Positions 36,766 to 49,874 are shown, counted from the whole stretch's first letter. The stretch is DNA of 61,466 nt, filler included, from Basidiobolus ranarum (GCA_040143965.1; 22 parts of 22 records of this genome joined end to end with filler, not necessarily neighbours in it), one strand, 5' to 3'. Notes: a model not told the origin generated them from the sequence alone. Made by a program: numbers and translations.

Positions 36766-38061
36766 CCGAGATACAAAAAGAGAGAAAAGGAAATGAAAGC
36801 TAAGCCAGTAGTACAGGTAAGATTTTAAACAACATGTTGATCGTTTAGAAATCACCCCGGTCATGCCAACAAAAAAACTATAACGTCTAGTTTTCTGTTG
36901 ACATTCGTCTGAATGGTTTTCTATGATTGTCTAATTTTAATTTCAGCTTGTCTGATTATTTTTTGCAATCGTCTAATTTTAGGTTAAAACCCTGTAGATC
37001 ACCAACTATCAGTGTTGGAGCATTGTCAACACCACGAGGAGCAAAATCACGCATGAGCAGCGGTAGTTTGCTAGGACGAAGTAAGTGCAACTGCAAGTGG
37101 TCATTTGGTACAAAACAGGCGCCATCAGCTTTCTCGGATATGGCCAATCGAAATGTCAGAGGCACAAATTCAGGAATGTCGTAGCTGATTTCCCACGGAA
37201 AAACCCTGGAAGATATGGCTAATAATACAGCTATCCATGATTGGACAAACGACAATAGCAACTGTGATCAAAAGCCATTCTGACCAAAGTTCGCGATTCT
37301 TGAAGACGTAAGCATACTTGGTCGGCAACAAAGCAGCCACCATTACCATATTCCGTAGCTCCCTGCTCCCACTGGTTAGATATGCTCCATTGCGACTGTT
37401 GTATCTTCCAGGGGCGTGATGGATCAAATAATGGTGCAAAATTCTGTTGAGCAGCGAGATCCATTGTTCACACAGAATCTACGGAGTGGTTGGCTACTTC
37501 AGCTCTTGAGTCGCTAACTCCATTTCATGTATTCAACGGGTTTCTCCGCGTCTGCACTATGAGTATTTGGTTGGTTTTTCCATGTAAAGGGTAACAGATC
37601 AATTCAGGGTCTTGTATGTGTTCCACGTGTTTTTCACAAATTTAAATAAATCAACGGTTCCTACTTTATATTATTCAATTAATTGATCATCAATATAAAA
37701 ATTTATCGATAATCACAGAACCAGCCATTGTGTGGCCTTTAATTATCTGAGTCTTTCTTCCACTGAACTCTGTTTCCCTTGTTCCTACCCCTTTGCCTTT
37801 CGCTTCTTTCTCTCTATTTCAATACTTCTTCCTCTCCGAGCTCTTGGTATTGGCTCACTTATTATTCCTGTTCTACTAGAGTTTTATTGGTATGTTAACA
37901 AATCTCTCAAATTTATAACTCTTATAGTTTTACTCATTCGTGTCGAGATCATTTATTGATTTCTCACTTTATTCCTCGCACATAATCTTAACTTTGATTA
38001 CAGTTCTTGATACTGACTGAGATTTTATTATTAAGGGTTCTTGGTTTTAACCACACAAGTT

Positions 38062-39146
38062 ATGTCTAATTCACCGACTCCCGATCCCCTTCGGGGGTTA
38101 TCAACTTCACCATCTTTATCTTCTCCAACAGGAATACCTGAAAGACTTCTTTCGAAAAGGTACCTTTAGAGTGATTCCTTATGTGTTTGAGCTGTTTTGA
38201 GTTTACATAATAGAGAGTCTTTTACTATCCTAAAAAACTCCGCTTTAATTTATCTTTTGCTGATTGGTTTATATTCTACTTTGTAGAACCATGGAGATCC
38301 AAGCTGAAGAAGGTATATTACCTTATCGCTCCCCGTCTCATGCTTCCTCGACCAATTCTATGCTTGGGTCCTATAACAGTTCCCTTCTTGATGAAGGATC
38401 TCGTTCCAAAACCCCGGAATCTAAACTCGGCCTTTCCTTATTAGATTCATTTTCAGATCCCTCGCAACTTGGTTCTAGCACTTTTCCAACCGGAAGAAGA
38501 GCGCGTGCAGACACTATGCCTTCGTCCCTATCGGCATATCCTTTTCGCAGTAAATCCCCCGGGACTTCTTCCGAAGTTTCCACTCCAATTGGCAGCAATT
38601 ATTCTGCTTCTCCCGGATCTATTACTCCAACCAGGATTGGAAGCGGAAATACTACTCGTTCTCGCGGCAATTCATTGAGCATTCCATCAAGTGTATTTTC
38701 TAACGCTTTTGGATCGAGTGTTTTTTCTCCCTGGCAGGATTCTGTTAGTAACGAAGGCAACAATAATGATTTCAACGAGGGAGATCCTAATGAAGATCCA
38801 GTTAATCCTCTTGTTAAGACATTGGATTACCTAGGTCTTGATGACTCTTCTCAGCACTCTGTTCACCAATTAAGCAATAATCTTGGTGGTACTCGATACG
38901 ACTCGCCACCAGAGGCTAAATGTACATGTCCTTTAATATACATTAATATTAAGTGTTGTATATTAATCAGTTTTCTATTTTACATTAGCGGTTGCCAATT
39001 TAAGAGCTTCTCTTGGACGACTCCGGTCTCATTCAATGTCTTCCACTGCCAATTATGGAGATGACATGATACCTCCTCTTCCATCTTCCCTTCAACATCT
39101 TAGGAGGACACCTTCTCGCACGCGTGCAATTTCGGTCGGGTTTTTG
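38062..39146 (+). CDS. PUF2/JSN1-like Pumilio RNA-binding protein, N-terminal part (exons 38062..38159, 38287..38921, 38989..)
   Basis: Ser-rich region with motifs EIQAEEG, RARADTMPS, TLDYLGLDD, RTRAISVG recalled from fungal Puf2/Jsn1 N-termini. The PUF domain itself is not in the contig. Confidence 0.5.
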
Positions 39147-39246
39147 NNNNNNNNNNNNNNNNNNNNNNNNNNNNNNNNNNNNNNNNNNNNTTAATTAATT
39201 AANNNNNNNNNNNNNNNNNNNNNNNNNNNNNNNNNNNNNNNNNNNN

Positions 39247-39330
39247 CAATATTGTGACGGTTCTCTGACGGTTTTGCTATTTCGGAGGGTGGATCCGATC
39301 CGGATCAAATCGATTTTATTTTTGTTAGGG
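39247..39330 (+). mobile_element. CACTA/EnSpm 3' terminus, CpG-intact copy
   Basis: Ends TGTTAGGG; aligns to the reverse complement of 53683..53765 and to 59764..59847. Confidence 0.8.
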
Positions 39331-39713
39331 GAGAAATACAAAATTATTAGTTGAGTGAGAATGTTGAAATTAGGTAAATAGCAACTGGTCATTTAGTAGT
39401 AAGTTTGTTCATATTCTGATTATTTAGCACTCAATTCTGTCATTCAAAAACATGTTTTTATTGCGCTAATTAATAGAAATATCAATTAGATCACTTTTAC
39501 CAATTTTCACAATTTTCTCAAAACTTCTTCAAATCATCTCAAATTTTCACCAATGCTTAATAGGCATGTTTGTTATGATCCAAGCATGTCCAATAGTCCT
39601 ATTTCATAGTAAACTATAAATAGGACATATCCAATTCAATTAAACCTAAGTGTCTAATTCTCAAATCCAAATCTTGTCCAAAACACTTCCAAATCCCCTT
39701 AACACTTTTATCA
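39331..39713 (+). repeat. Copia family B PPT plus complete LTR (39362..39713)
   Basis: TGTTG...TATCA termini, 352 bp; matches ~2980..3351 and 12332..12534 inverted. Confidence 0.8.
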
Positions 39714-40255
39714 GATCAAACTGTCACAGTAAGGAACTGGACAAGAACTGGAAACAATAACAAGAGGTCACAAGGCAGGAGAGTACTTGGGTGTAGACCA
39801 CGTGACAAGACTGGACAAGGAAGATACTTTGGCAAGAATCTTTATTGATAACTGGTGTTGATCAGACCGAGGTCTGATCAAGGAATACATGGGGCTTATA
39901 TACATATTGCAGGGTTTAATAGAATATACTGAATAGGAAATATAGGAAATATGCTGTGGCAAGTCCAAGTGTTGGGGTGTTGGGAACTACAAGGACCAAT
40001 ACAACAAGGGATGGTGTAAGGATGATCTGGTGACATTCCATGGAAGGTCATGGCAGAAATATACTGTGTGTGGGATGACATGATTGGTTAGGTTTCATGG
40101 AATGTTCCAAACAACATGACTTCCACATAAGGTAACCTCAATGAACTAACACAAGATTGCCAAGAAGGGATGGCACAGCAGAAATGATGTCATAAACTCA
40201 AAATAGAAGAGTTCTATTTGCAGTGGATCAGTATGCCAAGATTAGAGTCATGACA
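39714..40255 (-). repeat. Chromovirus family A LTR (39722..40255) plus 8 nt of its PBS, located at the Copia PBS
   Basis: TGTCA..TGACA termini; followed on the minus strand by GTTTGATC, as at 8189. Confidence 0.8.
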
Positions 40256-41505
40256 ATGAGCCCCAAACTAGCTGTTGAAAGAATATCTACCAGTACTATT
40301 ACCAACATTTTTGTATTCATGTAGAAGTTTGATGGTGAAGACTTTCACCTTTGGAAGTTTAAGATTAAATGGTGCTGGATGACAAGAACCTTTGGGGATT
40401 AGTTACAGGAGAAGAAATAGGGCCAAAGGGACCACCAGAAGCTATCCTTGCCTTTCACAAGAAGCAGAGGAAAGCACTCTCACACTTTGTCTACATATCA
40501 GAGATTCTCACTCAAGGCACATACAATCAACTAAAAATGTTCAAAATGCTTGGGAAGCACTTGAGGGACTATATGCGACTTAAAGTCTGGCTAATAGGCT
40601 ATATCTTTGGTGATTATAACTCTCAATTCAGAGGAATCCTGATGATTCTATGCTTAATCATATAAATTGATAAAAACTATGGCAGATGAGCTCTCATCAA
40701 TTGAAACACCTCTAAATGAAGATGACCTAGCCATGACACTACTTGGGAGCCTGGCAGATGAGTTTGGAAACCTCTCAATTGCCCTAAAATCAAGATCAAA
40801 GCCATTAATAATGGAATATGTTGGTGCTAGGCTTTTGAACAAAGAATTATGGAGATCTAATTCTCAGCAAAATAATGCAGAACAGGCATTTTTTGGAGCT
40901 GTAAAATGTCCAATAGGCTTCAATAATGGTGCCCTTAATAGGAAATTAATCATATGTAAGTATGGCAAGAAGCCAGGACATTTAATCAAAGATTGCAGAA
41001 AAGGATTTTAGCCAAAAAGCTAAAATTGGAACCAGCAAATCAAGTAGGCACTGATAGAGATCATCCGTTTGTGTTTGCCCTATCAGTAACCACCTAAGAA
41101 GACTCAGAATCATGGCACATTGATTCAGGAGCTTCCCAGCATATGTCAAACAGGAAAGATTGGTTTTCCAGCTTTAAACCAATCCAAACAAGGGAAGTCT
41201 ACTTAGGTGAATACTATGCACTAGATGCAGTGCATAAGGACACAGTTGTGCTCAATTTAGATCAAAATTCAGTTACACCATCTGCAAAATTAGATGATGT
41301 ATTCTATATGCCAAATATAGCCAAGAATCTACTCTCAGTAAGCCAAGCAACAACTCAAGGACTAAATTCCATGTTCAGTAAGGCTGGATGCACTATCACC
41401 GATTGGAATAATACCAAATTAGCTACTGTGGTCAAAACTCAAGATTTATACAAGCTAGATATCAACCAATTGCATTCTGAGCATGCAAGCTTGCACAGCA
41501 TTCCA
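40256..41505 (+). mobile_element. Copia family B gag-protease relic
   Basis: KFDGEDFHLWKFK, Zn-knuckle remnant CKYGKKPGHLIKDC, WHIDSGASQHM, KNLLSVSQ. Confidence 0.88.
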
Positions 41506-41860
41506 AAGGTCTTGTGTCATTGTTGAGTGACTGTCTCACTGTTGACTAGTTGCTTCCAAATGCTGCATTAATTGCAATATTATGGTATTATAACTTGTCA
41601 TGCCCTGTATAGCAGCTTTGTAGTTTTTACTAATGATTGCATGCAAATCATTATGGTGTTCTGCCTGTGATTCCCTTGTTGTAATAATAATGCCAAATAT
41701 TTTGGCAGGTGGTTGTTCAATAGCAGGCAAAATACCCATTTTGGAAGTTGATGGTCTTGAAGGTGTTTTGTTAAACTTTGCTCAACTATTGACTTACTAC
41801 ATATTTGGGAGATTACAATCTCTTTTCCTGCACTATTGGTGGAAAGGAACACATCTGGTA
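41506..41860 (+). mobile_element. CACTA/EnSpm 5' arm fragment
   Basis: Reverse-complement match to 60860-61230. Confidence 0.6.
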
Positions 41861-42038
41861 AATTGATTACTAGCCTATTACGAAAAGAAAAGAGGGAACT
41901 TCAAGGAAGCTGAAGAATATGTCACGGAAGTACTTCAGNNNNNNNNNNNNNNNNNNNNNNNNNNNNNNNNNNNNNNNNNNNNTTAATTAATTAANNNNNN
42001 NNNNNNNNNNNNNNNNNNNNNNNNNNNNNNNNNNNNNN

Positions 42039-43203
42039 GGAGAATATGGCACTGTAGTCTGTTGTTTTATCCCATGTGTTGAGCAGAAGTTAGAGAAGAG
42101 TTTTGAGGTATGTTCCCCTCCATTTTCAATATGGATATTTGTAATCTTTAGACCTGTTGCAGTCTCCACAATTGCTTTAAATTTCTTGAAGGTATCAAAG
42201 GCATCATCCATACTGGCCAAAAAGTACTGCTAAGTATACTTTGTCTTATCATCAATACAGGTCATAAAATACTTTTTTTCACCTAAGGATTTTGGCTGCA
42301 TTGAGCCACACCAATCTGAGTGTATTAGGCACAAGGTTTGATCAATTTTGCTCATTCCAGAGTCCACAAGCAGCTGTCTGTGGTACCTACCATGTAGAAG
42401 ACCTTCACATAGCTCCAGATCTGGTGGAATTACAACATTTAGTTGTAAAACCATCATGTTTTTGATTAAATTTCTCATTTTTTGGCCCCTAGATGACCCC
42501 ATTTCTTATGCCAGATTTTCCAGTCTATTTCTTCAGCTGAGGTAGTATTAACTTGGTCATATATTGGCCTAATATAATAAAGCTTATACAGGTTATTTTG
42601 TTTACCTCCAGAAGCTACATGAGTCCCTTTTTGATCCCTGATTGTACACCAATTCTGATTTAAATTAAAGCTCTATCCCACAGATGTAGCTATGCTCACT
42701 GATAACAAGTTTTTTGCTATCCCAGGAACATATAGCACATTTTTCAGTGTCAAATACATGTCCCCAGAGATGCCCCCAAGATCTTCTTTAATTTCTCCCA
42801 TTCCTGAAGTTTCTAGTCACCAGTCACCTCCCATAAAAACCTTCTTGCTTGTGTCAGTTTTGAGTGTCTTCTACCAATTTTTTTGACTAGAGAAATGTTG
42901 AGAAGCACCAGAATCAGTATACCAGAACCTAAAGTCTTGTTCATATGTCACTGATAGGGCAGAAAGAAATAAAACCTTCTCTCTAGTTGAAACCTGAAAG
43001 TCATGTTATGACTTCTCATTTTTGTTGTAGGTTCTTGATTTGCATTCTTTTAACTGGGTCATGATTTGTTAAAACATAGCATAAACCTGGTTTCCTACTT
43101 CCGTAATATTTGTACTTGCCAAAGCTACATTTTCCTGCTCCAACAAAGACCCTTCCTCAGATTCTTATTTCAAATTCATACTTCTGAGGTTTGTTCCATT
43201 AGG
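42039..43203 (-). mobile_element. Copia gag-protease-integrase relic
   Basis: WYTDSGASQH, KNLLSVS, LIHSDWCG..KYFMTCIDD, ENGGEHTS..F.NFCSTHGIKQQTTVPYS. Confidence 0.88.
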
Positions 43204-44520
43204 TGTCACAACAAGCAACTAGACAAGGACTGGAAACAACAACAAGAGGTTGGAAGGCACAAGAGTACTTGAGTGTAGAACATTACACCAGACAAGAAAA
43301 GACTGGATGGGGAAGATACTTTGGCAAGAATCTTTATTGATAACTGGCATTGAACAGACTGACGTCTGATCAAGGAATACAAGGAGCTCATATAGATATG
43401 GCAGAGTGCAACATAGTATACTGAATAGGGAATGTAATGTGGCAAGTTCATGTATTGGGGTATTGGGGACTACAAGCACCAATTCAAACAGGGATGATGT
43501 AAGGATGATGTTGGGATGATCTGGTGACCTTCCATGAAAGATCTGGGCTGAAATATACTATGTGTGGAATGACACAATTGGATACGTATTGTGGAGTGTT
43601 CCACAGAACATGACTACCATAAAAGGTGACCTGGATAAACTAACACAATATTGCCAAGAATGGATGGCATTGCAGTTATCAGGTCATAATCTAATAATAA
43701 AAGAGTACTATCAGTTGTGAATTAGTATGCCAAGATCAGAATCATGACAGTATCACCTTCTTAAGTGATGGCTTCTAGACATCATAGGGCCAGATTTTTC
43801 TGGGTAGGCTTTGTGAAGCTGCTGGCAAAATTGCTAGGAAGTGGAAAGATTTGTTGCTGGCTCTCATGACTGATCATTTGTTGAGTATCCCCTCTAGTCC
43901 ACTAAATAATGCAATTTCATCAATAAATTCTGGAATCTAGAATTTTGCTAACTTAATATTAAGGGTGTTCTTCAACTTGGATTTCTAGGGGTAGGTCAAT
44001 GGATTGGCCCTGGAAGGTGTTTCTGGCATGCAGCTCTAGCAGAGACGCATGGAATACATTGTAGACTTTGAAATTGGCAGCAAGTTCAAGGCAAAAGGCT
44101 ACTGAATTGATTTGCTAAACAATTTTAAAAGGCCCCAGTCTCTTATGATGTAGTTTACCACAAGATCTGCTGGTTTTGATACTTTATTGGAGTAGCCATA
44201 TGTAATATCCTGGCTTGACATCTGGGCTTGGCTTTATTTTCTTATCCACAAAGTTCTTGTTATGGGATTGAGCATGCTCAAGCTTGGATATTAATTGTTT
44301 ATGGATGTTCTTACAAAGAGTGGCATGATCTGAGGCAGCAGGCCAACATAAATTGGATCAATCTCTGCCCTATCAGTGGAACTACTCAACAAGGAAAGTG
44401 TCATTACTTGAAATTGTCAGTGTGAAGTAGCTTTCCAATAGGTGAAAGGTAACCTAACAATGTACCTGCCTTGAGGATTCCAGACTTCAACTGGCCACTT
44501 ATTCTCACCACAAATGCATC
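43204..44520 (-). mobile_element. Chromovirus (Ty3/Gypsy) family A 3' end: integrase GPF/chromodomain, PPT, 3' LTR (43204..43749)
   Basis: KLHHKRLGPFKI, NVFHASLL, VSKILDSR..YLVD.RGY..EP..NL chromodomain. AAGAAGGTGATAC abuts TGTCATG. Confidence 0.88.
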
Positions 44521-44530
44521 AGATCATACC

Positions 44531-44730
44531 AGTCATGATTCTGATTTCAGCATATGATCCACTGCAAATAGAACTCTTCTATTATTAGATTATGACATCA
44601 TATCTGCTGTGCCATCCCTTCTGGCAATCTGGTGTTAGTTCATCCAGATTACCTTATATGGAAGTCATGTTCTTTGGAACATTCCATGAAACCTAACCAA
44701 TCATGTCATCCCACATATAGTGTATTTCTG
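44531..44730 (+). repeat. Chromovirus family A LTR, 5' part
   Basis: Reverse-complement match to 40055-40255. Confidence 0.8.
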
Positions 44731-45495
44731 NNNNNNNNNNNNNNNNNNNNNNNNNNNNNNNNNNNNNNNNNNNNTTAATTAATTAANNNNNNNNNNNNNN
44801 NNNNNNNNNNNNNNNNNNNNNNNNNNNNNNCTAAAGTTAAATATGATGTTGAATAAAGATTAATTATCCAACAGTCTTTAATATATTGTTAACCATTTTT
44901 GTCTTTTTGTTGCAATATGAAACTATTTGTTCATAATGTCATCTCCATATTTAGTTCAACTGCAATCAGTAGTTAGTGAATAGTTGTAAATGGAGTCATT
45001 CTCAATGTCATGCATTTTATTTCTCCTTTGAATATTCTTCAGTCAAATATATGTTGAAATAGTAAAATTAACCACCTAATTATTCATGTGCTGTTTAGCA
45101 TACTTGTTGCATATTCACCTAATAGCTTGCAAGCAAAAACCATCATATACTCAGGATATATTTGACAATTGCCAGAAATGTTCAGAATAGATAATCACAC
45201 TTTAACCCCAACTTATCAAACATCCTAAAGGCAAATCTCTGCTGTCCTACTTGTCATTTTCAATATAATTCTAAATACTTATTTTTAATTTAATAAAACA
45301 ACAAGTGTAAGATACATCATTCTTGTAATTATCTAAGCATGTCCAATTGATCCAAAATACTCACAAATTATAAAGTGAGAGGTAGCATAATATGTTTAGA
45401 AACTTGTCATCTTCTTTAATAAATAATTGTAAAAAATAAGCATGGTACCACCAGAGTGCTATTTGTATTGCCCCTAAGTTCCTCACCATATTTAT

Positions 45496-45843
45496 TGTTG
45501 AAATTAGCATTGCCTAAACACCAATATAGTCATATATAGCTTAGTAGTTAGTTCTCTTGTAATTCACTAACACATTATCAAATATTCTCATAAGAAATTT
45601 ACTTAGAATAGTTGACACCAAGTTGAAGTTCTCAGATATATAGATTTTGATAACTTGTGCTAGAAGCCCCAAACTTTGCACACGTGTTCCTGGGACCTTC
45701 CTTAGCATATTCCACATGTTAGTTTGTCTACATTTTGACACAACTATAAATGTCAACTTTCTACTCACTAAATCAATAAGTGAAAACCACCAATTCCTCC
45801 AATTCTCCAAACCACTTCCAACAGGCTCCCAAATACTTTAACA
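45496..45843 (+). repeat. Solo LTR of Copia family C
   Basis: TGTT..AACA termini; reverse-complement match to 50886..51236; no retro-ORF on either flank. Confidence 0.75.
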
Positions 45844-48633
45844 ATTACAATGGTTTAAGAAGACTTATTATGGTTATATACTTGTATAGTTTGGCTCTAA
45901 ATGATTACATCACAACCCAGGGTTATCTCACAATACCTCTACAGTATTTACGTATTGACTACTGATTAAGATGTTCCTTTAAATTAATCGATTGTGCTTC
46001 ATACGCATCAGTTGGGCCGCAATCATTTCTGTATTCGATCAATGATCTGAAACTCGATTCGTGTCGGATATTGATGAATCTCTCTCAATTAGACGCTTAG
46101 GTTAATATTTAATGGCTTTAATCCAGGGTTATAGATCAAAGAGAGTTAGGGATTGTGAGAAGGATATCATACCTTAGCCCACGTATGTTAGAGAAGATTC
46201 AATAAAAACCTATTGTAGTACCTTCTGAAATCGTAACACCAATGATTTAACGATATATTTGGGTTGAGCGCAAAGTACATCCGAAAATAACTCAAATATA
46301 AGCAAGATATCATTCCTTTAGTACGATAAGGGTAAAGATTAGCAATACTAACTCGACTGCTAGTCATTAGCATAGTTGCTTTACTGTTGCGCTGAAATTT
46401 AGAGCAACTCACAGAATACGCACAAACACAAATAAACGAATCGAAATACGAACTTTTTCAAACATTCCTTTATTCAGAATTGATAGCTGCTACATCGAAT
46501 GGTGGTTCATGAGTACTTGATTGGTTAATGCTGAAAGGTTCAAAAATTCAATTCCTTGCTGCATTGCATGAAGCTATAGGGTTTCATAATATGGACAATT
46601 TCCATCCACAATATGGTGAGCAGAGAACGTTGAGCTGGATACTTCAGTCAAAAACCTTCTTCAGAATATGGTTGATAATTCACTGCACCTGAATCTACAC
46701 GATCACACAATGTGAGTAATTTTCAAAGACCACAAGGCGAGCAGTGAATTTTCAACTGGATATCCCGGTAGAACCCTCTTAGGGATACCAGCAAGTCAAA
46801 GACTGGATAATGGAGATGTCGAATAATGACTCCAGAGTGTAGTGGATGTTTGTATACTGAGCTACAGATTGAAAGCTAGTTTTTATAAGGCATTTTTGCC
46901 TGATAGTTACACCAAGAACACATCGACATTATGCCAGTTTCTACAGTGCCACTCTTGAATCAAGACACAACATCGGGATTGATATCAAGATCGAACTGGT
47001 ATCATCCATATTGGAGTGAAATGTTGGTTGTATGGAGTTTAGTAAATCGAGGTAAGTCCGTTTGAGAATTAGCAGCTGGATTTCCCCCAATGGTTACTGA
47101 TACCGCCAAATTAAGAATATTGTTGAAATGCGTTATGTCTTAGGGTTAGAGTAGATATATGAAGCTATATGCCTCGCCTGAATTGGGCTGAAAAGGAAAT
47201 TTCAATTGAAAATATTCCTTTAAACCGCTTGAGTCTAAATCAGGATCTGGTTAAAGTTATAGACGACTTTGTGAACTAGAGTATCTCTTTCCTGTAATAC
47301 TATTGGGGTCAATAGAATAGAATTGGAGCATTGCTCACACTAGTAACCCATTATACATCATTCAATCTCGGTGCTAGACTACACTAGAGTGGTATTTTTA
47401 CCACCGTTGGGGTCCATGAATGCACTATCTGTCGGTGATGAAAGGGTTAACATGACGAAAGATAGAATTCTATACCCATGAAGCTGTATGAATACATAAT
47501 GTGAGCAATTTCCATCCACAANNNNNNNNNNNNNNNNNNNNNNNNNNNNNNNNNNNNNNNNNNNNTTAATTAATTAANNNNNNNNNNNNNNNNNNNNNNN
47601 NNNNNNNNNNNNNNNNNNNNNTAGGGAAGTAATACTTAACCCATAGGATATCCCAAATACCAGAAATAGTATGAAGTAAAAGGTACGCGTTAACATCTCA
47701 ATAAGAGTAAGCGTTTGTGAATCTCTATTTTTTAACAGAAAAACTCAAGTTTGTTCGAGGATGAATGTCATGATATCATTGATTTTACCAGTCACCTATT
47801 GCGAGCAATTGTGACATCACCACTATCCACTATATTACATCAATGTATGATCACTGGTTACACATGGCCGAAAGGACGATCCAGATCGGTTTACAGTGTT
47901 GGAATATGACCGATCTGTGCTCGTGGGTTTTTGTTTGATTACATCATTGCTATGTCTATTTTCATTAACTTTCTAGTAGGAGATTTCTTCATAGCTTGAC
48001 CTTGCAAAGGGGTTGGGACAACTGAACAGTGCGCTGATTTAAAAATCACTAATCAGGATGTGTTAACATGTTTAGGTTAGGCGTAGCTCACATAAACATA
48101 CAGGAAGTAAGTATCTTGAGTTTAAACATTCATGTAGAACTATGAAGACATGTAGGACTGCCAGGGGAAACAACAAGTAACAAAAGATACATTGCCGTAA
48201 GTAGCCCAGCTATCAGGTTTCCTTGGAAACTTTAATCTAAAACACGTTCGGCGCCTTCAAGAAGTGGATTCTTCGGAGAAGGTAATTTGACATTGTGTCT
48301 ATAGAAAACTCGATTTGTTCAAGGTGAGCTTAGCGATGATTAAATAGTAAAATCATCTCAATTATGGGCTTATGGGAGTGATTGGGTGGATATTATTTTT
48401 GAAATCACTCTAATTTTTGATCAAACATTGAGATGATACCGAGAAATTCAAACCAATCATTTGAAATTATCACAAACTCCCTCAAATCTCAAATAACTCC
48501 CCCTCCCCCTCTCCTCTAGGCCCTAAGGGGGAGACAGCATTAACCCCATTCGATGACATCAACAAAGATTTTGATATAGTTATTGTAATACACGAAACTC
48601 TTCTTTTAATTCCTCTTAATCGAATTGAAAGAA

Positions 48634-49874
48634 ATGTTGTGGCTCTCGCGTTCGACATTGTGGATAGCATTAATCTGTGGCTTAGGTTCGTTAACCCTAT
48701 CTCCAGTACATGGTCAAGAAAACGATTGTACCGTCGTGAATCCTGATACGAAAGAGTTCTACGATTTACGTCCATTGATAAAAAAATCCGTGTAAGAGTC
48801 TACTTTATGTCAATTGACGGTTTAAATAACTGAAGGAAGTTTATTAATAATACTATTAAATATTGTAACTTCATAGTGAAGACTGGACCGTAAAATCTAC
48901 TGATGACCGTACATACAAGCTAAATGTTTGTCATGATATCTTGGATGAGACAACTGGTATGAGGGAACCAGTCGGTGTTGGTTCTTTTGTTAGAAAAGAT
49001 GCTAAAGGCATTTCACTTGGGTAATACTGGTCGTTCCGACCACTTTTCGTATTAATAAGAAAATTAAGAAGTGGCTAATCTTTTGAAATGCTCATCTTTT
49101 AGGAAACAAAACTCTTCTCCACTTATTGCAGGTAATCGTCAAGGAAACGCGTCCAATATATATTTTATTCATTTAACTCATACTTGATTCATTTTTTAGA
49201 AAATAGATTAAAGCTCCAGTATAAAGGTGGAGACGAATGTGCCAAGACCACACAACGTCGTAGTACCCTCATATATTTGGAGTGTGACAAAACAATCAAA
49301 GGCTTGGTATGTTTCCCAAAACCATTAGCGTGTGTTTAACTATATTCGAATACTTACCTGTTCTGGTCAACTAGGGTGCTCCAGAATATCTCGACAATGT
49401 TGATGAATGTACCTACGTGTTCTTATGGAAAACTCCACATGCCTGCCCTACTGTCCAAGGTGGCAGCTCTAAGATGAGTGGAGGAGGCATCTTTGCTATT
49501 ATGTAAGCTATATATCCAAAGTGCTAGTGCAGGTTATATTATGACGCTAACCACTGAATTCTATCTAGCCTATCTGTATTGTTTGGGCTTTATTGGATTG
49601 GAGGGATCCTGTACAAAAGAATCGTCATGGGACAACGTGGACTTAATCAACTGCCAAACGTAGAATACTGGAGAGCACTCAGCCATTTCGTTAAGGTAAA
49701 TGGACTTCAGTCTTTAGTATGTGTCTTCTCAACACTTATGTTTATCTTTCTTGTAAGAACCTCTTCGGTATGGTTTTCCCTTCATGCTGTGGTAATCGTT
49801 CACGTCAATATGATTATGGTCATATTAACACTGACGAAGCGAATATCTTTATTGATGATGATGACGAAGAATAG
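48634..49874 (+). CDS. Cation-dependent mannose-6-phosphate receptor-like (MRH domain) protein, 7 exons
   Basis: Signal peptide, CTVVNP..FYDLRPL, YKLNVC, LQYKGGDEC..RSTLIYLECD, ECTYVFLWKTPHACP, TM, GILYKRIVMGQRGLNQLPN, acidic tail. Confidence 0.88.

Noticed and set aside
37430-37470. Minus-strand MDLAAQQNF resembling the Fanzor RuvC-III motif (RDxxAxxN)
   Set aside because: Opposite strand to the Fanzor fragment, ~700 nt away, and lacks the NRD context; probably chance.
36956-37583. Overlapping short minus-strand ORFs with CpG retained
   Set aside because: No recognisable motif or consistent exon structure; may be a degraded gene but cannot be supported.
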